From Raillietiella orientalis (taxonomy: Eukaryota): 64,000 bases of DNA. A program made the translations under genes and the position numbers. Location of the stretch: positions 5,766,001-5,830,000 of the forward strand of contig JAYWIR010000002.1 of assembly GCA_036172245.1 (NCBI GenBank), written 5' to 3'. This document shows positions 25,104-36,469 of this stretch, one piece after another. Numbering within the stretch: position 1 is the first letter of the stretch; every line of letters starts with the position of its first letter. The notes beneath the pieces are model-generated. The model saw only the letters and a list, made by a program, of their open reading frames with translations, did not search any database and was not told the DNA's origin.

Positions 25104-26012
25104 TTTTCCCCGGATTTTGCCGGGTCGTTTATTTTAAAATAAACTTTACAAGAAGATGTCAGTGGCTGTAGCAATGCTTCAGCCACGCACGAAGAAACAC
25201 GGAGCCTGCCGGGTCACCGGTTCGCAGACCGGTGCGGTCCACCAAGGCAGCAGGGGGAAGGGGGAAAAACAAAAAACTAAACAAAGAGCAAAAAAAAGAG
25301 TGGGAGGGTATGGAAAGGGATCACTGTTGCTGTTGGGGCCGTATCATCATTCTCAGGATGCCGGCAAGCTCTTTCTGTATTAGCGGATCCAGATGGGGCC
25401 ATCGCGACGCCCTCCTCAGGAATTGGGCGGCGCACTGGATGGCCTCCTCATCGCGTGGTCCTCCCGTAGCCGTGCTCCATGCGGCGACGATCCCGCGAAG
25501 GCAGCACAAGGCCGCTATCGAGCCTGCTGGCCGAAGGGCTTCGGCAACGAAGAGGGCTTTCAATGCGTCCCTGGGGTTCCCGCAGGGGACACCGATGGCC
25601 GCGGCAAAGCGGAACCAAAGGGGCCGAAGGACAACACAATCCACTAGGATATGGGGGAGGGACTCCCGTTCCCCACACCTAACACAGCTGGGATCGACCG
25701 CTCCCCAGGTCCAGTGGTGTCGGCGGGCATTGCAGGGGAGTCCCCAATGCTGCAACAGTAGAGTCGACTCCTGCCATTTTAAGGGGAGAGTGGAAGTGTT
25801 CATGAGCACCGGGGGCCACTTCAGACGTTCAATCGGAACATCGAGCAGCGCTCCCCAGCGCAGAAGTCTATTGGGAGGCGTACTCGGGGTCTCAGCGTCT
25901 GTTAACTGGCCCGTCTTCCACTCTTTCTGCTTCTTCTCCTTTCCGGAGATGGTTGCTTTAACCTCTCACTTCGCCGCAACATCGCAGTCCTGATCTTCCA
26001 CTAGGGAGGCCA
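25104..26012 (-). mobile_element. Nested antisense 5'-truncated Tx1-like insertion 2
   Basis: ORF 25321-25809 (LPLKWQESTLLLQHWGLPCNARR..CVRCGERESLPHILVDCVVLRPLW); perfect 15-bp TSD gcgcaaagttttcga at 25089-25103 and 26013-26027. Confidence 0.93.
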
Positions 26013-26154
26013 GCGCAAAGTTTTCGACTGCATCGACCAGGAACTCCTTCTGGAGCTCCTAGAACGCATGGGATTCTCGGTCGTCTTCCTGGACTATCTG
26101 CGCTCCTGCTGGTGCGCTAATTAACATTTCTTTCAGCGGACGGCAAGTGTAAGC

Positions 26155-26835
26155 GCAGAGGTTCCTTGTTTACCCCTCTGAAGAGAGCCCCAAAGGGGCG
26201 CTTCCCAATTTCTCTGAAGGGCGCTCCCCGAAGGAAGAATCGCACTTCACACTCCGGAGAGGCATCAACCACCTACATGGAGGGCGGCCCATTTGCACAA
26301 CCGGAGGGGAACCCCAAAAGACTCCTTGATTCCTGGAAGGGTCACAGAGGTTCAACTTCCAATTCCAGTCAGTCGATGGGGGAGCGTGCTTTCCGAGTTG
26401 TACCAGTTTCGCACCCCCAGCACAAGGTGATCCCTTCCTGACCCCGCTCCCTTCCCATTTTTTTTGGGTTTATGTTTTTTGTTTTATTTTTTTTTCTTTT
26501 TGTTTGTCTCTCCTTCCCCTGTGCTGCCGAGGCAAACCCCTCTGGCCTGCGTGCCAGTTCCCGACAGGTTTCTTCTCGTAGTTATAAGTAACGTGGCAGG
26601 ATCAAATGTCCTACCGCCTACGTGCATGCTTATTTTATAAATAAATGCCCCGGCGTGACCGGGTGTCAACCAGTTCCGTACCCGAATACGTCAACCAGCG
26701 CTATCTAGCGAAGGGACTCGAAACCCACGATGCAGCCCCCGTTCTCCGCGTCGACTTTTCTCCGGGTGGGATTCGAACCCGCGTCTCTTCGTACCGCGTG
26801 CGGAGACTGCAGCCACGCGGGTGCCAACAAGGGCC
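26155..26835 (-). mobile_element. tRNA-headed element (B-box head plus LINE ORF1-like body), copy 1, interrupted
   Basis: GGGTTCGAATCCC B-box (complement of 26768-26780) with a second B-box-like unit at about 26712-26725; body is homologous to the 36.5-37.35 kb and 57.0-57.87 kb copies. Confidence 0.65.
26417..26668 (+). mobile_element. Tx1-like 3'-UTR-only insertion inside the tRNA-headed element
   Basis: T-rich tract, stem-loop and terminus aataaatgccccggcgtgaccgggtgtca; flanks accagtttcgcaccc (26402-26416) and accagttccgtaccc (26669-26683); the 57.7-kb copy is uninterrupted at this point. Confidence 0.8.
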
Positions 26836-26879
26836 AATAACGAACAAACCACGTGCTCCTTTTTTTGTCGGGCTTCCAA

Positions 26880-27560
26880 TGTTCTCCGAAGACGTGTTTT
26901 TTAAATCATGAAGCATCTAAATTCGTACGTGCGAATCGGATGCTGCGTCACTCGTAAGAGAACCGTTGCTGAGTTGCATGGACTCTCGGTAGGACTCTTT
27001 CTCAACGTGGATTTTCATTTCATCTCAGTGCGAAAAGTGCTGAAGGAAACGCTTCGCGTAGCGGCGCATCTTCAGTACGCTTCTTCGCTCTTTCGACCAA
27101 ACACAGATCACTTCGTTGCAAGCGCGAGAAGAGCTGCTTAGGATGTAGCGGCGTCCAGGACAGTCGGATCTCTTCGGACTTCTCCTTCCTTCTTTTTATA
27201 CTTCCGGCTCCCGCGGGAGAAACAAGCGAAACTGTGGTGGACCTTAAACTTCGCGTGGACTGCGTTGGACGGGACGCAGTTTGCCTGCGACGCCGGTTCG
27301 CTGCTACGGAGCCAGGAGGAGGAAGCGGGATGCGAGCGCGGCCTGGAGCGCTTCCTCACCACCCTCGCCACCCACATCGACATCCGGTGGAGTATCGGCG
27401 GGGAGCTTTCGGCGTGCTGAACAGCGCAGTGACGGAGGCGGCGCCAGCGGTCGGCTGCGGCGGGGCCGACTTCAGGCGGAGACTGCCGAGAACACGCTCC
27501 CACGCATCCGGCTCCACGAATAACTTCGCTGATGCATGATGATCTTACGGAACGGAGCCA
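26880..27560 (+). pseudogene. Possible STAND/NACHT-type NTPase remnant
   Basis: CCVTRKRTVAELHGLS (TR...ExxGFS-like) and LNFAWTALDGTQFACDAGSL..GLERFL (LxxLAWxxL-like); broken by stops. Confidence 0.3.
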
Positions 27561-29619
27561 TTCCTGCCCTTGCTGAATCAGGATGACAGAACAGACCCCC
27601 TCCCCTATGGAATCATCGTGGATTCCTCCAGAAAATGAATTTCGGAAACTGTTTGCTTCCAGCTCCGATGCGCGATGCTGAGATCTGAGAGGCACTGAGC
27701 GACCCACGGCCCGCTCTCCGTGGGAATGCGGTAGCCCAGGTGCCTCAAGTGGTGCGTTTGGTTGCTCTCTGAACGAAACATCCCTCCTGAAGCGGAGAAT
27801 TCTAAGTAGTACTCCTCCTGCTCGTATGAAGTGTGACAGAAAGATCAATGGGGGTTCTGATGCAAGATGAGCGTCCCATCCCGGAAGGCCGTCTTTCATT
27901 TCCTCCACGTTCAGCCATTCGCAGACATTCCGTTGTTTGTGAAGAGTCCTCATGGATTCATTTCCAGGATGCGGTTTCTTGGTACTCTGACTGCATCTTG
28001 CACGTCGACTTGCACGCTCTCTACCTGCTCTTGCCCCCTCCTTTATTTTTCCGAGCTCTTAAGGCTCCGAGGGTAAAGAAACGGTTCGATGAGTGATCGA
28101 GCCGCCTCCTTGGGGAGAGGTGGGAGAATACAATAGAATGACAGCTAATAAAGTTGCCAAATGGTAAATTAGGATGTGACCATAACAGGCTGCCTTTTCG
28201 CAGTGCAGTAGGAAAAGGAAAAGGGGCGAGGGCGAGAAGAAGGGAAGCATCGTAACCGCATGACACGTGCCGCCTTTTCGCTTTATGTCTTCAAGAACAA
28301 GAAACAATCATCAATCAATGATCTTCCTGGAACAGCGGAAAAGGCAGAGGAGCCGCGACGGGGAATCGAGGCAGGTATGCATAGGTGCTTTTCTGCTTAA
28401 CCCTCCACGGTGCTGTCCGCATGTCCAGGAAGAGAGGGTCCGACAAGCAATGAGCGTCAGTCTAACACCAAAGAGGTGTGTCTTCAGAAAGTCGCCGACC
28501 GGAATCTCTCGACGCCGGCCGCTCTTGAAATGCACAGAGAGGACGCACTCTGGAGGGGGAAATCGTGCAGCAGAAAGGCCCGTGAGGGCAGCACCGTGGA
28601 TCGGTGGACAGAAGGGCACAACTGCAGCTGATTAGCATAGGGGGCTAGTCGGCTCCACGTGATCTGAATGGAGTCAGAGGGAAGCAAGAAGAAGCTGGAG
28701 CAAACGAGCTTCCCATCCAGCTGAGGTGAGCCGCGATGCTGGGATGAAGAGGAAGATGAAAATGTTGAGGAAGAGAGGGACATCTTACTCCTGGATAGCA
28801 GATGCAGCAAGGTGAGAAGGCATCAGAAAGAGTTAGCTTCTAAATCTTCTAGAGCTTTAACCACCGATGCTACAATTTGATAGGTCGAGGACCCGTTACC
28901 TAGATGTCCAGTCGCTCTCTGGGGCGAAGTGACACCCGTCTTCTGCTTTTTTCGAAGCGCGTTTGGGACCTCCCTTGTCACACCAAGCTGCCTGCCCGCA
29001 CCGTAGCCTCCCGTAGGAACTGAAGTCCCTTGCACTCGAAAGACGCCGGGAGCACAGAAATTTACCATTCTGAAGAAGAATTTTCAGACAGCTGCCATCC
29101 TCAACTTGGGCATGGAACGAACTGGAACAGCCTGCTGGTGTTTGTATCTGCAGGTCAAAATCTGTCTACTTACAGCTTGCAAGAAATGCTCTTTGATGAT
29201 GTTTTCTCATGAAACGCTTATGGCATTCGTCTTGCGTAATGTTGAGCGAGCGGCCGTTATGGAAAGGTCGTGTTTTAATCATCATGAGATGCCATCCACC
29301 TCGTGGAAGCTCCTCAGGGCAGATAGAAAACCACCTTCGGCCTCGTCCTTTGATGCAAGCTGCGCCACACGCCAGTCGACGTTTCGTATCGGCACGCTGC
29401 TCTTCAGCCCGCTAGAGGTTTCGCCCTTTCAAATGAGCCCGAAGCAGCCCGGGCTGAAGAAAGAGTCCAGGTTCTGCAAGAGGAGCGCAGGACGAGGACA
29501 GGCTGATCCACATGGAAGTGGCGAAACACTCAGATGGACGTCCGCGTTTGCTCCGGAGCACGGGGAAACGGAAAGGTCGCGGCCTCTTGAGTTGTCCGCT
29601 GGCCTCTCCTGATACAGGA

Positions 29620-31690
29620 GCACCCATGAGCTGTGCGACTGCAATCTGGTCTCTCCATGAGCCGTGAGTGGGCTCAGCATATGGCAAAGCCAAAACCTCG
29701 CAGAAACCTTCCGTTCCATCCTTTGCGGTCTGCAGGAAGAAGCGGTCTCGGCTCTTTCCCTTGGAGTCAGCTCCTGTCGCGATTGGCTTCCGCAAGAGCC
29801 CCCGGGTCCCACTCGTCCATCCACTCGCACGCCCTCCGTCTGGACACAACCGCCAGCTCCCGATTCCCTATGGGATCCCGGGTCCCCCTCCCAGCCTTCG
29901 CCAGCTGCCGAGCTCGCCTTGCAGGGATCCTCAAGAGGACGTAATGCGCCCACGTCGACCGTCATTCGGCATGCGCGGAACTCGTGGTCCATCTTGGAGA
30001 TTCTGCGTTCCAGTCGCTGCTCTTTCGACTCCTCGGCATGCAAGGCGATGTGTCTTCGCGGCCGAGGATCCTGGAAGGAACCGCCAGAGGGCAGACAGGG
30101 CAGCGTCAGATGCAGAAATTCTCGTTATGCCGGACTCGATGGGAGGGCGGCCTCGAAGATTTTCGCTCGGGAGTAGCCGACCGAAGGATCCCTGATGCTC
30201 GACGTCACTGGCCCCTCCCTGCCTCCCTCTGCCCATGGCAGCCACGCCAGAGCGGAGGATGCCGTCCGAAGCTGTTCTTCCCGCAGTCCTGCAGCTCCTT
30301 TGCGGAAGCAACGTTCCGGTGGTAGGAATCCAAGCTACCCGACGTCTTTCACGACGGCAGGAAGAAAGAAGAAATGCTGGGTTCTCGGTGACCCGGAAGG
30401 AGGTCAGAGACGCCGGAGAAGACGACGCCCTTGCTTCTGCTCCCTTGTAGAAATGGGGGAGGGTGGACGGCGATCCGGAGAGAGGTCAGAGACATCGCGG
30501 AAGACGACGGCCTTGTCCTTGCCCTTTTGAAGAAAGGGGGAAGGACGTTTCCAGGACGGTGGAGAGAGTTGTGCCCGGGTGGGGCAACTTGCGTGGATGA
30601 CAAGCGTTCGAGTGCCGAAAAGAAGCCGAACCGAGAGCGGCTCCGCGTGAGAAGGTGAACATCCGCGGGAGTTGGCTTGGGTCCCGCAGCGCTGTCCTCC
30701 CCACGGCCGAGTGACCACGCCCTGAAAAGTAGGAGGAAGAGAGGCGCGGGATTGAAAGCAGCAGGAAAGTTCTTGCACCGCGAGATGACTCCAGTCGCTG
30801 GCCCCAAAGGATTCCTCTTCCTCCTCCTCCTTGAAATTCCAACTGGGGGTTCCCGCGGCTCTCCGCCGCTACAGGCTCCTTCCTGAAACCCGTCGCAGCA
30901 CGGAAGGAGGCGCGGTCTCGATGCTTCCAGTGCAGGGAAGCGAACCCATTCTCCTACGTGTCTGTGGATCGTGCTGCTCCCTCCTGGAGTGCGCGGCAGT
31001 GTCCGCCGAAGGCTCCACTACTGCCGGGCTTCGCGGAATCAGTGGCGACCTCGGCTGTCCTCAGCCTCCGCCGCATAGACGCAGAGTGCCAGGAGGCGCA
31101 GCCCCAGACAGCAGGGCGAGGAAAACGCCGTCTCCACGACGACCAACTTCTCGAGAAGGACAGCGCGGGGACTCAACAGGTTCAGGACGCCTCAGGGGTA
31201 AAGCGTGTCAAGTCCTGAGCGAGAGGCGGAGTGCCCCAGGAGAACGTTGGGCTCGCAGAGGTGCCTTTCTCTCGCCTACTCCTCCGCTTTGCTTTCGCTT
31301 AGCATTCCGGGGCAGTTCCAAGCTGGAAAGTCGGATGGCTCTTCTACCAGAGCACTCAGAATTCTTTGCACTTCCATAGGGACTGCTGCCCCAGCCTGTA
31401 TAGCTGGATTCCCCTCCTCCCTTTGTGAGGAGCCTGTTGCGAGCCGCAACAGATTCATCGGCGTGTCCCGGTGCCTCGCAGGTCAAGAGCCCAATCTTGG
31501 AGCCGATTTTCCATTCGCAAGCACCACGGCGGCACGCGGCTTCGCGGCTGACCGTCTTCGGTGGCGACCTGCTGTTTCCTCAGTCCGTGGCGGGCGCGCA
31601 CTTTCCACCAGCAAGGGTCCGCCCTCATCACGTCGCATGGAGGTGGTGGAATCCCGTTGGAAGCTGCGATTTTGGACATATCCAATACTA
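29620..31690 (+). mobile_element. Heavily decayed Tx1/L1-like ORF2 (APE to RT)
   Basis: Motifs in the expected order: AIWSL..GL..CGLQE, RGRGSWK, LVLALLKKGG..WR..DDK..NRERL, FLFLLL, VQGSEPILL. Confidence 0.55.
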
Positions 31691-31930
31691 TGGCAATAAT
31701 CATACTAGTAAAACTAGGCATATTACCATTCCACTATTGATTATTACCCATCATTAATAATTCCTCATGAACAACAACCAAAATATTACTATCATGACAA
31801 AAACTAGCTCCTATATTCATCATTTCCCTATTATCGTCATCATCAATTATCCTAATTTCAACAATCCTCAGAGCCATAATAGCCCCCATCATAGGATTAA
31901 CCACTCCCTCTATTCGGTTACTTATGACCT
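31690..31930. repeat. Low-complexity (ATT/CAT/AAT)-rich tract
   Basis: Degenerate trinucleotide repeats (cattattaccat.., aacaacaac.., catcatcaattatc). Confidence 0.7.
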
Positions 31931-31999
31931 ATTCATCTATCTCCCACATAGCAAATGGAGTCCACGCCACGCGCGAGCTCCCCAAGGAAAGTGAAAGTG

Positions 32000-32800
32000 T
32001 GGAACTGAGTTTCTCCCGGGAGAAACCTTCGGTAGACCCGAAAGCCGCAGACCCGGAGGGAAGCAGGAGGGAGAGATGCCGCAGCTTGTGATGCCAACGT
32101 CCAGGAGCTGCCAGCTGGGCGGCACCCGCGGCTCATCCCCCTCGTCCAGGTCGGGGCGCAAGAAGAGGGCGTGGCATCGCGAACTGCCGCGGAACGGGTA
32201 GCGCATTTGCCGAACCGGCGAGGGCAGCCACGGAAGCTTGCTCACCGTTGATCCGGCGACGCACCTCTTGCCATGGGTGAGGGAAGAGACTGCACGCCCA
32301 GGAGGAGAGCGCCGTCGAGCGTGAAGAAGGCCGCTGCCACACTTGGAAATATCTGTCTCCCCGAGATGTGCTCCCTATCCGTTGATCTTTCCCCGGGATG
32401 ACCGGACGTCCCTGCAGACGAATCTCATCGGTCATCCGAGGCTGCGGAACGGCTGCAGACTTCACTTTCCTCGCGCCCTCGACGTTTCAAAGGGGGCGCA
32501 AAAATGCTCCCCAGCGCCTCACGCGGCGCTCGAGAGAGCGACTTCCGCGCCGCATCGAAGGCATGCGCTGGAACACGGAGGTCGAAGCGCGTCTTCTCGG
32601 ACCAAGCCACACGTCCTTTTGGGCCTAGAGACAGCTGGAAAGCAGTCTTCGAAAGCGGCTCCGGATCGGATTCGACTTCTCTGTGCTGATTATGTGGCGA
32701 TGACCACGCTCGTCGACAGCCAACCTTGGAACGCTTCGGGGCGGTCTTCATTTGTGTTTCCTTCGCCATTCCGTCCGGCGTCATCCCGCCAACGCCCTAG
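32000..32800 (+). mobile_element. Decayed LINE RT fragment
   Basis: ORF 32343: RLHFPRALDV (LDFxKAFDxV-like), KPHVLLGLE (SPxLFxLxLE-like), LLCADYV (YADD-like), in the correct order. Confidence 0.5.
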
Positions 32801-35800
32801 CTGCCGATGGATTCCTTCATTCTCACCCTTCCCTTTATCCCTTGCTTTTTATCCCTTATGGACGTTCACTGGAAGCGGAAAGCCCAGCTTTCCGTGCAAG
32901 CGCTCGGTCGAGTTTGCAGCTCCCAGCTTTGCAGGCTCATCAAATTCAAGATGGAGTCTGCTTCTCGGAATGATGCCCAGGACCAAGTCTGCTGACCGTC
33001 ATGCCAGAAGCTGCCAACTCGTTCCATCTGAACTTTCAGTTGGAATAGATTCTATCAAAGGGATCTATATATAAATACTGTTTCTTCAGATAAAGAAGAA
33101 AACAGTAGTCTTGATTCAGATGCTGCATGAAGGAAGAAAGAAAAAGCAATTAAATTCCAAAATGCGCTTCTATTTTTCGAAACTGGACCAAGCGCAGTAG
33201 AGACGTGGTTTGTGATGAGAGAGTCAATATGGAATTTGGGTTTAAGAAGTCCCACTAGAGAACTCGGAACTCGACCGCTACTTAGAGGACAGCAGAATTA
33301 TCTTATGGGCCCATTTTGAAGATGAAGGTGCAATCAAAGTCTTCTGCATGTTTATGAAGAAACGAGATTTCCTGAGTTACAGACTTTCAGAATGAGCTCA
33401 TTTCCTCCAAGTACCTGGATGGCTGGCGCGTTGCTAGGATGGCAGCTAACCACTGCAGTGTGGATGACCCGCTTCTGAATTTTTCGGGGTCAGTTCCGGG
33501 ATTCGTGATTATGGAAAGTAAATCTTCGATAAGGGGTGAGCAGGCAACACAAAAATTAACTGGAAAGACAAAATCCGAAATGTGGTCACTCACCTATGGC
33601 TGCACTTTTCCATCAAATTCCAGCAAGGCAACCAAGAATCAGGTGAAATGCAACTCCCAGTCGCTTTGAAGAGCTTACGGGTACATTCGGGAGAAAAACA
33701 GGATGATGTACTCCCTGTATCCTTCTCCTAAACGTTTTCTGTCCTTATCTGTCGTTCCGGAGATTTGGTGGGCATCCGAGGTTCCTCAAGGGCGAAACCT
33801 ATGCACAATAGGGGTAACCGGAAAAGGTTTCGCTCCCTATTGGGTCAGCGTTGCAGCTCGCTGCGTGCACAGTAATCAGCGGCCAGTCATCGATCCGTGG
33901 CTACGACCCAAATATGGAGTCGGCAGGAGCTGTGAATTTCAGACGGGCATCCAGAGTTTTCCTGAAGTGGACACAGATCCTTCGTGACGTCACGTTCGGG
34001 GCAGAGCGGGGTAGCAATCTGAAGGTAGCAGCTGATTCCTGTGCTCTAGCGGTGCGTAGCAAATTTTGCGGAGATTTAGGGAGTGGAAACAGGGAAACGG
34101 GCAGACGAATGGAACTGACCTCTGATGGAACGAATGAAAAATGGGTGCACTGATCTTCCGTGCGGAAAAACAAAACAAAACAAAACAAAAAAAGAAACAG
34201 GAATCACTTGGATATGCCAGACGCGGCAACTCTTGTTGGGATAGAGGATACTGCATGCTCATTGAGAGGCTGCACATTCATAATAATTCGGAGTCAACTT
34301 ATTTGTGGGTTGCGTGCCCTGAGGCATCGCTGCAGGAAGGCTGCGGTCAGTGCGAATTCGACTTGGTTCGATCTCTCTTTTCTCTTTTTTTTTCTTGAAT
34401 CCAGATCGTTTGCTTGGAGCCAGAATCCAGTTGTGTGGACTGGAGCATGCTCAGTCAGGATTGCCAGATGTCCGCTAGAGTTTTGGATGCATCCTTGCGG
34501 ACTCGCTGACTTTCGCATGCGCTGCTTTTTGTTGTTTGTTGAAAGGCTCCCCAAGAAAACGGACAATTGGATTGTCTCTGCAGATAAAGGAAGGGGGGAG
34601 GGGGAACGAAAAGGCATGCGGCTAGATTAGAGCAAAAGTTTGATTTCGAGGGAAAAACCGCTGTGGAAGAAACGGCAACCATCGGAAGGGCACCTGGAAT
34701 TAATGGATTGGAAAATTTGATGGATTCGAAAATGAGGGTTTTCAGCAACTGATCGATTCACACTCGGAAGCACACATCCGTGGAGGATTTTCATATGCAG
34801 GCTGGCCGATTCATGTTTCGCTTTGCTTCAAGTCTCAAGGGCTGTTGAAGACGAAAGAGACTTTAAGACTGAAGGAGGCATAAGAAACTCCAGCATTTCC
34901 TGCCGTAGGTTGGTAGAGAAGTCTAAGACACTCCCTAAGCTAAGTATTTTCCAAAGAATGTTTTTCTTTCTGTGGCACTTTCGGAAGAGTGGACAGGTGG
35001 TGACCTTTGCTTTTAGGTCAATGAAGAGCATCAGAAGAGATCGACAGCAATGTCAGAAAGGGAAGGCGTTTCATCCTAAAGGAATCTGCAAATGTCCTTC
35101 CGTGTATCGAATTTGGGAAGCGAAAAAATTCCCGATGTAGACCGAAGCAGCGATATCCAGATATCGCCGAGGCAGGCATTCTGCGTCTGCAAAGATCTCT
35201 AGGAAGACCTGCAGGAAAGTAATAGAGTGGGATCTGCACTGCCAAGGTATTTCGAAAAACAATGAAGACGTTTATGTCGGTTCAGGGTCGGCTTCGTGGA
35301 TGATTTTCATAGTTTTTTTTTTTGCTTTCGTTCCGTCCTGTATATCAACCACCCTGCAACAACCTCGTTCTCCGTGAATTGAAATTTTCAGTAGAGCCTC
35401 TTCGTTGCTGTTGTTTTTTGTTGCAATGCTTCCTAAGGAACGACAGGAAAACGTACCCTTTAGGATTTTCCATTGCCTGTTTCCATTAAGATGGGACCGA
35501 TTGCATATCTTCCATGGAATGATGCCCTCGAATCAATACCATGCAGTCACTTCGCTGAATGAACTATTCGCAGTGGCAGCGGTCTGCCCGTATTAGGAAA
35601 CATGACAGGTATAATATAATAATACACTGATAGTAGGTAACGTCAGTTGATCATCACACGATGGAATGAGCAAGGATATCTATTTTTCAATTGGAATAAA
35701 TCAAGTTTTTATGAATTTACTGTGCGAGTGCCGGATGCAGTGACGTAATGCTCGAAAAAGGACTCCCCACTCCATCGGTTCTCTTCCATCGATCCTCCAT

Positions 35801-36221
35801 TTGATTCGGTGGAGGTTTGGTGTGTTCCATTCCGCTTTCGTTTGCGGAGAATGGTGATGACGTGTGCGGAGACGTCACAAATGTTCCTTCCTGTTCGAGA
35901 GGAAAGGTTTGCTGGACCGCCACCAAGTTACCGAGAGCAAGCAGCACGAAACTGCGAGAGACGCACGTCTGCAACACTCCGCAGAATTCCTGATACGTGT
36001 ACCATCCCTGAGTGCCCGCCTTCTCCATGGCTTCTGTGGGGACGAACAGCATCGGATGGAACCCACGCGGAAAGATGCGCCTCGTCCATCCTTTCCGGAA
36101 ACGAAAACGAAGAAAGGCTGCATCTTCCTGACTAGCCGTCTTTCAGAGATGCGAGCTCGTCCCTCGCCCTTCCAACACCTTAGGAAGGCCTCCTGAGCAG
36201 TTTGGCAGCTCAACATAAGAC

Positions 36222-36227
36222 TTTATT
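36222..36227 (-). promoter_or_regulatory. Putative polyadenylation signal (AATAAA) of the host gene
   Basis: tttatt on the plus strand, about 70 nt after the stop codon of exon D. Confidence 0.55.
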
Positions 36228-36297
36228 TGTTCAAACGAATGCGGAAGAATCCACAGATCCTCCCTCCCATTTCCCTGATGTCCTCTGATGGTCATCA

Positions 36298-36420
36298 TCA
36301 TCGCTTATCTTCCAGGCAAACTTCCATGTAAGTCGGCGATCTTATGATCTTCTTGATCATCTCCTTGAATAGAGAGTACCTTGGAAACACGGGGTACCAT
36401 TGGGAGTTCACGTAGTCGAT
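36298..36420 (-). CDS. Host gene last coding exon D
   Basis: Acceptor atcttttcag|ATC. Encodes IDYVNSQWYPVFPRYSLFKEMIKKIIRSPTYMEVCLEDKR*, followed by two more TGA codons and by AATAAA about 70 nt downstream. Too short to appear in the ORF track. Confidence 0.87.
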   Translation of the reverse strand: MDYVNSQWYPVFPRYSLFKEMIKKIIRSPTYMEVCLEDKR

Positions 36421-36469
36421 CTGAAAAGATTCCAAGTGATAAGATGAGGCGGCTGGGCGGAGTTCTTCT

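Larger units (their letters stand above)
24830..26155 (+). mobile_element. Tx1-like RT fragment interrupted at the KAFD motif
   Basis: ITSIQRQFTNG (QxGFxxGR-like), ALAVAVDLxKAFD | K(V)FDCIDQELLLELLERMGF after the insertion. Confidence 0.82.

Noticed and set aside
26761..26835. Functional tRNA gene
   Set aside because: Good B-box, but I could not fold a convincing acceptor stem or cloverleaf, and it belongs to a dispersed repeat with more degenerate copies.
36292..36300. Triple TGA after the host gene as a readthrough or selenocysteine signal
   Set aside because: Most simply a short (TGA)n repeat or tandem stops; no SECIS-like structure or conserved extension was evident.
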